Positions 40,901 to 56,269 of a stretch of DNA of 64,000 nucleotides are shown piece by piece. Origin of the DNA: Trichoplax adhaerens (lineage: Eukaryota > Animalia > Placozoa); contig NW_002060945.1 in assembly GCF_000150275.1 (NCBI RefSeq), positions 2,317,172 through 2,381,171 of the forward strand, in the 5' to 3' direction. The stretch's first letter is position 1. Every line of letters begins with the position of its first letter. Both the position numbers and the translations under genes were made by a program. The notes under the pieces were generated by a model. It did no database searches and was not told the DNA's origin. It saw only the letters and a list, made by a program, of their open reading frames with translations.

Positions 40901-43900
40901 TCGATCAAAAACCAAAATCATAAGGTACTGTATAAAATAATTTTCCAAGCAACTACCCATAGCGTACCCAGTAATATTCTATATATGTCAAGCTATCATG
41001 CTGCACCTTTTAATACGCATTTTTACCAGTATTACCCCTTAAAATTATTGAGCTGACATTTTACAGAATATTTCTGGAATTCATTTTAACAAAAGTAGAC
41101 TCTTTCAGAATTGAGTAATGTCATAAAGTCGCCTAATCAATTAAATCTACATCATAATTGCAGTTTGCTATTTTTGCTGTAGCTTGTATAGATTCGGTGC
41201 AATTTATATGAAACTTACTTCATTAAAATAGCCGGCAGAATATACTGTATACAATATATTTATATATGCGAATGTATATAAATGATAATGATTGCTGTTG
41301 TTTGGTTGAATTTGAAATTGACTCTAAATGTAATCATCAAAACTACTACTGCATATCTTAGGCATGGCAGATGTTGACAGTATATATTTTACTCGAAAAG
41401 CGTATTTTATGACCATCAATATGAATCAATCAATTATTGTGATTATTGAATATTTAATTGTACAATCAGAATATTTATAGACAAAATTTTTCTACTGATT
41501 AGATAAAATGAATATTTACTCTCCTTTTCTTGATTCTTATTAGCTCCCTATAATAGTCTCCTTTATATTCGCTATTGCATATTTAATTTAAAAATAATTA
41601 CCGCGTTCATAAGGTATTGAAACTGTTTGGATTTAGCAAATACAATCGAAAAGAATAAATTAAATTCTGCTAAAGAAAGACTGCCTTGTAACTATCACGG
41701 CAACAATATGATTTTGCCAATATTCGTGTGACTAAATAATATGCTACTTGGTTAGATGGTAATTTTGGTCGCATTTTGTGTTATTCTTATATAACTGACA
41801 TTCGATCGCTAGCTACTCATTTTGAACTTACGTATCGACTCTATCGATTAAGTGATAGCTTAGTACTAATTGAAAGTGCTCAATCGATAAATTCTTAGAA
41901 CGCTCAAAATCGCAGAATAAACGTATTATGTGCCTATCAGATCGAGAGTAATTGAAGTTTTTACTGTCCATAAAAGCTTTATGCATTTGTAGCTATTGTT
42001 ATTGTAGGCCACCTTGGCAAGGAAATGAATACACAGATTATTGCTTATATAGTATGAATAATGACAAGGCACAGTTGGTTGCTATTTATCAATTAAGGAA
42101 TAATCAAGACTATTAAAGTGAATGAATGGAAGCCGATTGCGGCATTTTATTAAATAAAAAAGTAATTCTATTAAGATCCATCGATGTATTAATGATCCGA
42201 GAGTCAATGACAATTGTCTGACCTAGTGTATTAATTTTCAACGTTAGATGATTGAACACCTTATTACGACTACATTCGATGTAGAAGTTTGAGTTGGAGC
42301 TAAATAATGTTCAATTTATTCACGGCTATCCTTAAGACAAGAACCTATAAAGCTACTAAAATGAGTCGTCTCTAGTTCAGACTGATTGAAAAGATTACAT
42401 GTCTTTACTTAGAAAAGCGGTTACGACATAATTTATCATTTTTTCAACATTGAATTATTGCATGTCTTGCAATTACTGAATTGGAAATTAGGAATTGAGC
42501 AAGGACTAACTGAAAAATATTCATAGCTATGACTGATGAGATAAGAATTTATCGAGCCAGTAAAATGAGCCACCTCCATTTTAGATTAATTGAAAAAATT
42601 TACATGTGTTATATTGTAATAAGAATTTATCATGCTAGTAAAATGAAAGAATCTTCTGCATTGGATATAAAAATTTGAGTACTGGTAGGAACTAACTACT
42701 ATAAAAAATATTCGCCGTCAAAATTAATAAGACAAGAAATTGTCAAGCTAGTAAAATGAACTGCCTCCAATTCACGGTAATCAAATTGATTGCTTGGATC
42801 TACTTAGGAATGTGCTTACCTCTTAATTTTGGCATGGAGGGTAGCCATCCTTTAAACGAAGGCTTCCTAGAACGTCCAAAAGTTGGTATAAAATATTTTT
42901 GTTGTAAGAACTGATATTGTGTAGTACCTTCTCTGCTACAGAGGTGTATTATCGTAATAAGTGATAGTGGTTCGGATATAGCAATTCAGTAATTCGAGGT
43001 CAAAGCTATACCCGACTGATTCTTTGAAAATATAATAATTAGCAACTACCTATGATCGGTAAGCTTACGAGCATTCCCTAGCAAAGCTTAATAGGATCAA
43101 ATTCAATGTTTCAGACTTACATAGATAATGCTCCAATTAAACCATTAGTTCCTGCATACTGCGAAGTATTGCGTGAGGCTAAAAGAATGGAAAAAGAGTA
43201 AAAATTTTTCGAACGGATTGCCCCATATAATTAAATCTGTTCAAGGTCTGGTCTGAGACCGAACATAACTATCTATGTGCTCATTGCCACTATTTTAATA
43301 AGAATCTACCTACTTCAGTAAGCGAAAAGCTACATTTAACTCTGAATTTATATTTTATTATAACAAAATGTTAATAAAAATAGTTTAATACATACATAAT
43401 TAAGCGAACGATGAATTATATTTCTATATTAATGAACTACAATTATCATATATTGTAACTGCCTAAAGATTACAGTATAATGTATTACTGGGATCTGTAA
43501 AACAAAAAGCCACTTTCTAAAGTACAGTAAATGACAAGATTAAAAGATTACATTGCATTTTTTACCTAACGAGCTATAATAACCAAGTATTGCGGTCTAT
43601 TAAAGATTGCAATATGGTTTTTATAGCTATAAAAACTGAAATTCACTAGCTAAAGTAAATGATAAACAAGAACAGAAGCTAATAACTATAATAAAATAAT
43701 CTAACAGAGGTGAAACGGTTAACTTTTATGAAAATACAAGAGCGCTAAGTTTCCTTTTCCTAAATCAAGATAATGAATCACTACTTACGAGCTTGAGGAG
43801 AATACTGACTTCGCTGATTTGGATAAGGCTGATATTTATGTTCTTCGGTTGTATCTAAGTCATAGCTTCTGTTTTTTTTTTTCATATTTTCTAAATTGAA

Positions 43901-44194
43901 TTCCACATTGCCACTACTATTTCCTCTTGGTCGTGAAGTTTCTGTCAATGAAATAGAAGTTGGGTTGTAAACTAATTTGTGTCTATTCGGCACAAATTGT
44001 TTGCTATTGTTGCTGCTACTCAATCCTGGCGTTTGGTTTGGATTATCGGCATGGACACGAGCAGCTTGCAATGTGGGAGCTTGAAAGTGAGATTGGGAAT
44101 GGGACCTACAGAAATCATTAATATCAAAATCATCAGAAATTGTGATTGGCACCATGTTGATTTTTCTAGTGCAGTATAAATAATCAGGAGCCAT
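34970..44194 (-). CDS. ITPRID2: KRAP/SSFA2 (ITPRID2/ITPRID1/TESPA1 family) IP3-receptor-interacting protein, ~13 exons; 5' end uncertain
   Basis: Exons 44194-43789, 40498-40246, 39423-39301, 38875-37636, 37525-37405, 37138-37053, 36881-36789, 36666-36545, 36213-36099, 35943-35887, 35787-35494, 35305-35231, 35047-34970. SLQDILKLRRGNPEEILLSLGFGG...ILNRIPPRF matches the KRAP IP3R-binding motif. DIESLLVLRREIMLEIEDLEFNL and MLNLLQDQ resemble the SSFA2 C-terminal coiled coil. Probably a pro-orthologue of the whole family, so the symbol is approximate. Confidence 0.8.
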
Positions 44195-44559
44195 AAACTA
44201 ATGTTTTGCTTTTAAGTGTTTGTCATATTACATCATTCAACATGGTCAAGAGTAATAAAGCTAACTTGATTAATATCCGTTCAAAATAGCCTCCGTACCA
44301 TCAAATAGTTATGCAATTGAAAATAATTCTCATCATGTGCTAATTCTAATCCCGTGATGTCATAGAAGGATATCAACTTGAAGCATTTAATATAATACAG
44401 AGTTTACTCGGAAATGGATGAAAGCGAAAAAATAAATTGCGGACACACAGGCTTGTTTAGAATAATGTCAACGAATGGACACTGAATTCCAACGAGATAA
44501 ATTTAAAATCATCAATATCGCCCTTGTAATAACACCGTTTAGTTGTGTTACTAGTGTAA

Positions 44560-45260
44560 GATGAGATAATTACTGTCATTCTCGACAATAACTAAAGTAT
44601 AAATGAATTCTTTTCTCTTCTATTCGATAACTTGAAAACGTAAATACACGTGTATAGTCGTCTAAAAAATACAGACTAAAGTTATGGTTGGTTAAGCCTA
44701 GTAGGCTATTTTATTACATGTATACTATGAGATAATTACTGTAGTTCTTGACGGTCACTAAAGTATCAAAGAGTTCTTTCTTTTTCTAGACCACTAGAAA
44801 ATATAAATCTAGTTGTCCAAGAAATACAGATTAAATTTTAGAGATGGTCGAGCCTAATAAGTTGGATTCTTGTCGGCACACCATGAAATAACTTACTATA
44901 ATTTACGATACTAATCATAATATCAAAGAATTTCTTCTCTCCCGCTAGACTACTAAAAAACGCCAGTATAATTATCCAAGACTAAAGTGTAGGATGGCTA
45001 AGACTAGTATAGTAAAACTATGACAATTATTAGAGTATCAAACATTCCTTCTCTTCTAATAAATTACTAGAAAATGCAGACGTAATTATCATAGACTAGA
45101 GTTAAGATTGGTTTAGCTTAATATACTAAAATATTACAAATATACGATAAGCCAATTTACAGTAAATTTCGATGCTGGCTATAATACCGAAGAATTCTTT
45201 CTTTTCTACTAGACTACGAGAAAATGCAAATGTAATTGTATAAGATACATAGACTAAAAA
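44560..45260. repeat. Degenerate tandem array, ~130-165-bp period, ~5 units
   Basis: atga.ataattact...ctaaagtatc...ttct..ctagac.acta.aaaa..agactaaag units start near 44561, 44728, 44883, 45018, 45146. Confidence 0.8.
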
Positions 45261-45949
45261 GCTTAGGCATTGATAAACATAGCATGGTACAAAATGATTT
45301 ATTCATATGCTCTGTTGATAATAATAAATCTTGATCTAATAATAATTAGGGTGAGGGTGAATAGATGATTACATTTGCCTTTGAATAACGAGTTGCCTAA
45401 ATACTCTATACCATTCAATAGGGAAAGAATTGATACTTAGAAAATATCGGTCATAAAGAGGAGTCTATGTAAATTATAATGTCAACAGTCGAAATTTACC
45501 GTAAAGAATAAATTTACGTTCATAATAGCACTAATTAACACAGCTGAAAGCCTTTAGTATCAAGACTTTGAAAGAATATATTATCAATCAACATCAGTTC
45601 AATAAAAATTGAGGTTCAATAGAAGATTGGGTGATCATGAATGGCCAAATGTAATTTAGATAGATTATTATACAAATCGTGTTAAGACTGTCACTATAAA
45701 TAAGAAAATCGTCATAATAAAAATATTGATAAAAATATTTTGAATACATGGATCAATAATTACCCTAAAAAGACAAGGAATTTATTCGGCTATAGTATTG
45801 TAGGGGATTAAAATTGATACCATAGGGTGTGGATGACTGATCATAAAATTAAATTATTTCAAATTTAGAAATTTGAGGATAAATTTCGGTTCGTACTGAA
45901 ATATTTAGTGGCTTAATGGTATGTAGAGTAATGACGATTAAGCAAAATG

Positions 45950-46900
45950 ATAGAAAATAATTATCTCTAGAATTGAAAATCTGGTCATTAAATAGGCTGA
46001 GCTTAATCTAAAGTTAAGGGTATCAAATAGAATAATAAAATGAAAAATTAGAAATTGGCAGACATTATCGGATAATTCATGACAATCTTAAAATATTGCA
46101 ATGGCTCAATGTCATGTGGAATATGGAAAGTGAAACGTGAATACCGCCATATTGCGAAGCAATACAGTGTATAGTCATTACTGGAAATGATTATTGCTGT
46201 AACTGAAAATCTACCCATTAAATAGGCTAAGCTTAATTTATAATTAAGGCCTTAATGTAGAACAGCAAAATAAAAAATGAAAAATCGATAAAAATGGTCA
46301 GATAGTTCATAACGTGCTTAAAACATTCTAATGGCTCAATGCAATGCGGAATACATATGATAAAGAAATTCCAAGAGAGTCATGAATATCCATATTGACT
46401 GGAATATACATTGGCATTGTTAAAAAGTTATTTGATTATTACTGTAACTGAAAATTTATCCCCTAAATAGGCCAGCCTAATTTAAAATGAAGGCCATCAC
46501 ATAGAATAACAGTGTCAAATCAGAAATCTGTAGAAATGGCCAGATACCGGTAATTCATGATATGATTAGAATAGGCTAATGGCCCCTTGCAGCGTGGAGT
46601 ATTAAAATGTGATAATGATGTACTGGTACCTGAAGAAAGGCGGATATTGCCATATTGAGATGAATATACAATGCATCGACATAGCTGAAAAATGATTATT
46701 GCTGTAACTGCAAGTCTACTCGCTAAGCTCAATTTAAAGTCAAGGCTGTCAAATAGAATAGCAAGATGGAGAATTAGAAATTTGTAGAAATGATCAGATA
46801 GTTCACAATATGCTTAAAATATGCTAATGGCGCATTACAACATCGAGTATTGAAATGTGATTATGAGATACAAAAAGAAATGCGAATATCGCTATATTAA
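45950..46900. repeat. Degenerate tandem array, ~230-260-bp period, 4 units
   Basis: atgattattgctgtaactgaaaat...taaataggct.agcttaattta...aatggtcagatagttca...taatggctcaatg near 45954, 46184, 46432, 46690. Confidence 0.85.
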
Positions 46901-49900
46901 GAGGTAATGTAAGGTATCAGTATTATTAGAAAATGGTTCATTCTCTTTTTCGATTATCTTTAAATACGAGTACAGTATCCAACATTCCAAATTGAAATTT
47001 CCAATGCAGTTGAAAATCTTAGGAGCTAAAAAATTTGTTTTAGTCTTTGCGCGAAGATTGATTACAAACAAAAGTAAACAACTAGCAGACAAAATAAATG
47101 TCAGGCACTAAAACAGAGAAACATGGAGTTTGACAGCTAGGCATGCATGATCAAAGTAGGATTACTACTGTTATTGAGAGTTTGATAATTCAACAAAATG
47201 TGATAGAAAGACACCAATACGTGAAAATAAATTTAAAAAGGAAATGGAAATAGTGGACATCGTTGTATGAGCAAAAATACCATAACTTAAGTCATTATTG
47301 AAGAGTATAATAACAATAGGCACGAATTATCGATTTTTTTCTGAAGAAGTTAAGGAAGTGGAGTTGCAATTTATCTAGCGATGAATTGCGCTGAAAATTC
47401 AATAATCTAAGAAATTGTGAAACCTTGAATGTAATGGGATGGGATAGAATGATGATAAATGGTGAAAATTTCCCTATGGTGTATTACTAAGGTTAATAAT
47501 CTACACTAATCCAGACAATTTGTTGAAATGTGGGGTAATGATATATATCATCATGAAAGGGTAAAAGCATTACATCAAATAGAAAGATACGAAGACTTGA
47601 ATAACGAAGAGATATTGGCCAAGAAGAATGAATGCTACTGTCGAGGTAGCCTTTAGTTAAAATGAGGGGACAAGAACATCAGCAGTTTGGTAATAAAGGG
47701 TATCCAAAAAAAATTAATCGGGGTTTCAAAATGTTTAAGTGTTTAGTGGTTACATAGAAGAGAAAAACTGAGGCTGATGACGATAAAAATTAATTTATAT
47801 CGTTGCTGAGATACCCAGTAGCTAAATAATAAATAAAAAATATCAAAACTATAAGAAAAAATCTAATAAAATGTTAAAGAACTAGTAAACATTTACACTA
47901 TAATTGAAAATCTGGCAATACACTGCGATGGTACAGAAAATGATATACGAGTATATGGAAAGGAATAAAAGTGGCCTAAAGCGAATGAACCAGTGAGAGC
48001 ATTACTATAATAGATATACACCATGATTTAGATCTAGCGGTTCAATTATGAAGGGAAAAATCGAAGTAGAAGAGGCTGAGAACGAAATAAAAATCGCAAC
48101 TAATTTTTATTAAAATGTGATTTATGTGACGGTCCAAGATCAATTGATTCGATAGAAGATATAGGAAGTAAATAAAAAGGGGCTGAAACGGACGTAAAAC
48201 TGTATTATTGCTATAAGAGGACTATGTCTACTAGGGTAAATTTAGGAATTTGTTAATTTAAATTTGAAATTCTGTCACTGAGAAATACTTTGGGACTAAA
48301 AAATTGAGAGCAATATTGGTAATATAAAATCTTCACCAAATAAAAATACACTGACGTACAACTATAAGATAATTATCACTGCTAGTGAAAGTTTAGGAAT
48401 TTCATAGTAAAGGATTAAATTGAAATAGACTCAAAAATATTGAGGTTTTACCAATGCGTAATATTCACAAATATTGCTACAAAATGATAATCAAAGGTTA
48501 TTGTAAATTTAGGAATGTCATCGTAGAGAAATGCAATAGGGACAGGCTAGAAAAATGTGGTTTTATTACCAATACATAGTTTTCTTTTCTAATGAACGTC
48601 TATAGTAACTGGGAAACTGGCCAAGAGAAACGGAGCAAATGGAATAAATATCTGGTATTACCGCATTGCTAATTTAGTTCTAAATGGTGGACCGACGTTG
48701 AATATTTAATAGTTTTATAATTTGAGAAAAAAGAACATCCTAAGTTAAAAGGAAGATATTAAAAAAGCAAAGTAAAAATGGAAAGTGACGTTTATTTGGT
48801 CTTAATTATTAAAGCGCCATGACAGCCTTTCAATAACAGATTGCGAAACGCAGCAATTGAGCGAAAACTACGCAATAAGAAGAAATTGAAATTGTTGACT
48901 GTCTTTCTATAGAACAGAGTCTAAAGATGTATTTTAATAGCGATGAAAATATTGTTCTCCTGCTCAATCAATCAGGATAGACAGCAGCTATGATTACAAA
49001 TCATTAAAATGCTATTCTGCTTTAGAGTAAAAATAGACTGATTTTTAGCTGTATTACACCAGTATACTGTCTCAAGTGATGGCTTCAATTTTAAATTGAA
49101 TTTTGAAAAATAGTCCTGTAGATGGGCGTAAATGATTCGTCAGATTAATGTATTGTAATCTATTTATTTTTGCAATTACTTTACAGTCACGATTACCAAT
49201 GGTTAAAATACTGTTCTACAGAAATGTGGAAAAAGACTCCAGTTTAGCCTTATTACACATTTGTCATTTCTTAGATGATAGCTGCAATTTTAATTGAATT
49301 TTAAGGAATATTGTTAAATAATAAATCTATCATTACATTACTAGCCTGTCTTACGTGAAATGGACTGACATTCGCTTTTATTACAGATTTGCAATATCTT
49401 AGGTGATGGTAGGGTACTAATGTCAAATTGAGAATTCTTCTATCTAAATCCCCGTAGAAAAGAAATGGAATTGATGTGATTGGGACCCATTTATTTTTTA
49501 CTCTGGCCAGCACTTAAAGCTCGATATAGAGGCTCGACCACTTTATATTCAATTTATGAGCAGAGCAGTAATGTTTCATTACTATGGCTGAGTGTCAAAA
49601 AAAATACTGTGGTAGAGTAAATGATGGCCACAGCCTTTAGTTCTCTCAGAAGAAATTATCTCTTCAATTTAGACTACATCATCACGGTTCTCTTTCTATA
49701 TTGTTATGAATATTCCTGATTTAAAATAGCTAGCAACAAAATATAAAACGCTCAATAGAATAGCATAGCGGAGTATGGGAACTGGTTAATCGTTGATAAA
49801 TTTAACGGATCAAATCTATGTACATATTTCAAACTTTAAAAATTTAAAATCCAGTTCTTTAATTTCGGATTCTCGACGAAGACAATTTTAAAGGAAAAGG

Positions 49901-50504
49901 ATTAAGGCTGGGTTACAGTCGATTCGTGTAGCCTTTCTATTGAAATTAGCCGCGATATGGCAATTTCCCAAATGGCTTAATTCATGTTTAGGTTATAGGA
50001 ATTAGATACTTCTATTATTTTATTAACAAGTCCGATAGGTTGAAAATACAGTAAGTAAGATCTTTGCCGCATCTATCCCTTGATATTCATAATTTTCAGT
50101 ACTGTTGGTTGGCTAAATAGGAGGTAGGCAGTTGCTAAAGCTGTAACATTTTAAGTCTTGGCTTTTGCCATTGGACTGATGCAATAAATAAGAAAGAATC
50201 AATTTCACCTACGGACATCCTTGATGCAGCTTATAAATAAAGATGCTAAACATGATGATATAAAATGACAACAGTCTCTTCTTCTATAGCTTAATTAGTC
50301 TCTTCCGTCATTATAAGAATACAGTTAGTCTACAGCTTTAAATTCCCCTTGTCTTAGTCCATCTTTTGCAAACTTACATATAATTCTATACCATATAGGT
50401 ACTGCCAATAAAATGAAGCTGTCATCTATCTAGTTAAGTGATGTTAGCTATAAAATAGTTGACGTAATCCATAGTAAAATCGGTAGAAAAACAATAATTT
50501 TTTT

Positions 50505-51130
50505 AACTTATTCACTTGTTAGCTGCTCAAGCGGAAGTACATCAGAAATATTAAGTAGAGAATGACTTTATCTTGTGGTTACAATGATAGGATATTATAA
50601 CTAAAAAGTAGGGGAAAAATACTGTTATCATTGATCAATACACGACTTATTTCAACTTATTTATCTCTCGGATAATTATATGAAAGTAGAGTAGAAATGG
50701 AACGATCATACTTAGTTATTACCTCTATAAAAGCAGGAGATATCGTAACCGTAAAAAATATGTAAGATCTGAGCTGCTATAGACAAATGAATGAATTATT
50801 CTAACCTATTCACCTCCTCTTTATTTCTGCGGAAGTCCATCAGAAATACTAAGCAGCTAACGAATTAATATTAACGTATTTACTTTTTCGTTGTCAGCAC
50901 AGAATTGTTTTAGAAATATTAAGCAATGAAAGAATAATACTATCCTATTTATCCTTATTTATTTGTGTGAAAAGATATCAGAGATATTAAGAAAAGAAAA
51001 AATTATACTGACCTATTTATCTCTTAGTTATTCATACGGAAGTATATCACAGATATTAAGTCACGAAATAGTTATATTAACTTATTGATTGGTTATTTAT
51101 TCGTGCCAAAGTAGTGCTAAAAGATGAAGC
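50505..51130. repeat. Highly degenerate short repeats (~60-65 bp core)
   Basis: Recurrent cctattta/c...cggaagt..atcaga.atattaag at ~50510, 50805, 50944, 51012. Confidence 0.65.
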
Positions 51131-54100
51131 AGTAATCGATTATAGCTTACTATTATAATTACAAGTAAATGAAATGTTGTAGTCAACGGGTAAATCAGAA
51201 GATTTACTGTCATTGATCGGATCATGTTATAATTAGTTGAAGTTGTTGACTTTTTTCTCGTTTATTCATGCGATTCTACTCTCGAAAAATGGTACAGCAA
51301 GCAATTACATCTTGTCTCACATTGCTAACTGTTTTAAATGCTATAAATGGGGGAAAGAGGGCGACTGATTTACTACTTTCGACTTTATCGAGTACGCTAG
51401 AAGAAGTTCAAGTTGGACGTAGTTTAACATTGGGCATCCCCTATTGAATTTCATGGAAATAAATTAGTTTAAAGATAAGATGGTGTAAAGATAGACTATG
51501 CTAGGCATTGGGATCAGTGTTGAAAAGAAAATGTTGGCGTTGGAACCGAATAATACTTTGGTCTACAGAGATTTCGGTCTACATATTTTGATAAACGGGA
51601 GACAAGGTGGCCTAGATGACGAGCTTTAGTTTAATTATAGGACGAAGTTAGACAGTTTTAAAGTCAAAAAAGGAATAGCTAAGTGATGACAAAAATTTCT
51701 CGACCTTTTCAGATGCCAATAGCGATCAATGATTAATTTTCTTTATTCTAATTACACTTCTAGTTCGATTCTATCTTCATCATCAATCTATACTAATGGA
51801 ATGATTCCCATTGATAGGAGTGAGTTGTTGCGGACAGACATTAAATTTACGAGGAGGAGCACACTAGCATGCTATTAAGCTTGAACATAATCCAAAATTA
51901 TATTATAAAAGTAGACCATCCTTATGCGTCACAAATTGAGTAATGTAAGGATAGTAATACTCATAGAGTGTATATATATATATATATACGTATGTCTTCC
52001 AAGTTACTATCGTGATACTTTCACATTAAAAAACTAAATTAGAATTTAATCGAATATCGATAACCTAGCTATCTCAGAACCTTCTGCCTCACAAATGGGC
52101 AAAAGTAAGGAGAGAAAGATAGAGTATATATTTTCCATATCGCTCTAGATGTTCTTTTATATTTAAAAACTAAATCAATATCCAATGTCTGGGCTGATTA
52201 ATATCCAACCATTCAAGTTAAATGAATAGATGGTCAATATTTCCAAGCCGTTTCAAGCAGCTGTAGCGCGAATATCGATACTTCAAGTATCCAGAACAAT
52301 TAAGACTTGTACTACAACATCTTGAACACTTAATGGTAGAATCCAAAGTGAGAAATGACCATTTTATAAAATGTGAATAGAGTAACATCATTGAGTAGAA
52401 TTATTCAATGATTGCAATGTAATAAGGTTTCACTTTTTACAAGTAATTACTCAAAATTCCGTAGTAAATACAATAAGTAGTTGTGATCTAAATATGAGAT
52501 AAACGCACGTTTAAGTGAAAAAAAGATAAAAAAAGATTGCCAGCTTATTCTATTACAATACGTATAAATCTTGTTAGTTGCGAGTTTCTATTATAATTAG
52601 TGATAGAAGATTGTTACAATTTAACTGAATAGGCTAGTTGGTCTAGCAGTCTGTAAAAAAATTGTCGAAATGTGAAAGATTTTACCTTCGTATCCGTCTC
52701 ATGTTTGCTTTGTATAATGACCTAGGAGGTGATTTTTTTTATTTTGTATCGCTGCTGTTGTCTTTGTCCACTTCCAATTTAACTAAAATAGTATTAACGT
52801 CTCTTCCTTGCTAATGAATTACTTTAGACTAACGTTTTTTAATATCCTTTTAACATACTATTGAAGATGAGTGCGATTACCACGTTATAAAATAACCAGG
52901 ATAGATAATATAGTATCTTGAATGTTGTTTGATCAAGATTTAATCCTTGTTAACTTTATTAAAATAGGCAACACATCAGTCGATGTGCGATAGAATACAG
53001 CGGTCAATAAGTGAAATTCGATGATAGGGAAAATAGTCGTTAGATCAAAAGCAATACTATCATTCAAAAGAATCTATCCAAGTTTTCATTGTATTGTTGT
53101 TGTTATGGATCTTCTGCACTAACAAGAGGTTCAAGCATTAATCAAAGTAAGCTAACAGAAAATAAATTCTTTTCTTTGAATCAATTTTCAATTTGCTCTT
53201 ATTATTTGGCAGTAATCATTAAAAAGGATTTATTATTCTATCTTAATTGATTCATTGAATTAGATCAACTTTTAATGGTGATTGACAACTATTTTTGCCC
53301 ACCCATTTTCATTCTTTATTAATTTATTAAAGAAATACTTGGAGTTCTTCTACCTGACAGTAATTGAATGTCGCAATATTCTCTGTATGTAGACAATAAA
53401 TTATTAACTTGAATATTCATTTGAAATATAACCTGATCCAAGTACGCTGGAAGTTTTTACTTTATTACGGATAGTAAAATGGTCTAAATCGTGAAATAAA
53501 TTAAACCATATTGAGAATTCCGTGATATAAATTAATTTCATGAGTTATCTTCTTTTTCTGTTGGTAGAATCATTACCAAGAGCTTACTCCTTTATCTAAT
53601 TTTAGCTACTTTTACAATGAGACAAAGGCGTACATGGTATTTGTCTATGGTATAAATTGGTGGAAATACCCGTAGGTTGATTTCTACATAAGTTATGAAA
53701 ATAAATGGGCGATAAGCTATAGTAATTCTATTGCTTTCTTTCACTTCTCAAATGGATGAAAGAGTTATAACTTGGCTTCCATTTGATTGTAGTATAGCGT
53801 AAAGTTACCATGACTTTTCGCCTGCCCCACAAATCTGAGATAGTGTTTGATTCTCTACATGATTCATGAAATATGTTAAAATAGAAGACGACTGATTGCA
53901 AATCGATTGCTAGCCTTCATTTTCAATCGAATGAAACAATTATAAATAGACTACGGCTGATTGTAAAAAATGACGTAAGTACAGCTGGTATATTTGGCCT
54001 ACTATCTAGTTGGTAATTCTAGAACTGATTTTTATTTATAAATTATGAAATAAATGAATGCTGAAGACGATGATCATTCTATTCACAGCTAGTCTACGAC

Positions 54101-56269
54101 TTGTTCCCATTCAGTAAAGTGATTGGGCTGATTTAATAAATAATGCAGGTGATGGAATGAATTAATTAAAGTTGAAGGCAACTATAGATAATTCTGTTGG
54201 TGTCCATCCTTTTCTAACTGATTAACTCTTTGATTATAAAATGATGCAAGTCATATAACTATTACTTAGCTTGCTATCTATCCAGTAAATCTGTGAATCT
54301 GACTTTATTCATAAACCGTGAAATAATTTAAAGCTGAAGACGATGAATGAATATTCCATTGAAATACAACAACTATATAGCTTATTCTCTATCCTGTAAA
54401 TCTCAATTGTAGCAAACTTCAATATCAATTTCATACTTCAGTAAATAAATATATATATACATGTATATGTACGGTAATTATTTTTTAGTTTCCTTCATGT
54501 TTTTACTAATTGAAATAGTGACCAATCGGTAATCGTAGGTATGCATAATTGCACAAAAATACAAGCACTTAAATAAGCATGGTCCTTTATGTCATAAACT
54601 AAATTTTGGTAGTATTTTAGTGTTCTACATCTCAATCAAGAAATATGTTTACATATTGAAAAATTGTGATTCTCTTGCTCGTCTAGATTCCTCAATGGGG
54701 ATACTATAACCACAAATAACTTCCTATTTCATTTAGGACGAAAAACAAAGCTAATATTCATCTATTCATTAATTCTATGATACTTTTCAGTACTCAAATG
54801 TAGATTAATCACAAAATAAGGTTGAAGATGAATCGACGTGATTTCATTGCTCTCTTAGTATCTTTCAATAAGATTGAACATTCCAATTAAGCTTCTACCT
54901 TATTTTAGAATAACTCATACAGTTGGTTGATATAACTATTTACCACTAGACCTACGTAATATTTTAATACCTAGTCCGTGGCATAAATTTGTTCATTTTA
55001 TCCAGTCTATGCACAATGTCTGCAAGCGTGATAATGATTTCATTTACATCATAAAGAAATTATCGTTTATTCTACTGGAAATTATATATAATTACAGAGC
55101 TTTCAGTACTTTCGTAGAGGTAGGTATTATGACATAGTCTTTGATAGTTGATAAGTAAATAAAAAGCAGTCATACTCTATCTACCTGCACTTATCACTGT
55201 CTACTCATATAATGTAATTTATGCGCAGGAAAGCAGATATAATATAGTAATCTCGTTTCTAAGTTAAGTTCAATATTAAAATTTCTCCAAAGCTCTATTG
55301 AATTAAATAATTAAAAAATGGTTTGCTTCGTATGCAATATTGTAGTTTGCTAATTCAGTTCAATATTAGAATTTGCTCAAAAGTTCTAACAAGTTTAATA
55401 ATTTAAAAATAACTTATTTTGCAGGTAATATTACACTTTGTTTAAATATAAGCAAGACTGAAATGAATGGATAATTCGATGCTAGTGTTAGGAATTCCGC
55501 ATTTTCCTCCATTAGCATACCTAAAGTTAAGTTAGAGCTAGGCCAATATTAAATACCGTAACTAATTCAAGTCTATTCCTCTACTTTGATGAATACAATT
55601 ATATTTAAAACAGATTTATCTCCATATGTATATATTAATTACCATTAGCTGACTACTTTATCTTACAGTTAATTTAGGTGAAAGCGGCTGTCAACACTGT
55701 AGTTAAGTTTTTTGAACTATTTCACAAGTAATGCTCACAAGTATATAGTACTTTGTTCAAATATACCTTCACTTCCATATATCGACTAGTTAAGTGGCTT
55801 ATCCAAGATAGTGTAAGCGATTCAGTTATAAATACCAAGTTAATATAGGGTTTGTTGAATTGTTCTAATGAGTTTAATTATCTTCCCTACAAGAATACCT
55901 TCACTACTACTCAGCAACTAACTTCTTTCCTTTCGTAAGTTAACGTAAGTTAGCCCAACTTTATGCTCTGTAGGTAGTTCAATAAAATTTAAACTTCTTT
56001 GATAGATATAACTACATTTCAGATAAGTGCATATTTACCTTCACTTATCAGTTAGCTAACATAAAGTTAATTTAAGTTAAGCCAGCTGGTAACTAGTATT
56101 TGACATATTCGTCGCTAAATAACGTTTTATAGACCATTTCTTTGTAAATATAATTATTCGATATCATTAAGCTCTATAGTCTCCGCCCAAATTTAAAACA
56201 GTAACTTATAATTCTCATCATAGAAGACTCCATCCTTGGTTGTGGCTTAGGAAAGCGAGCTTCCGCATT

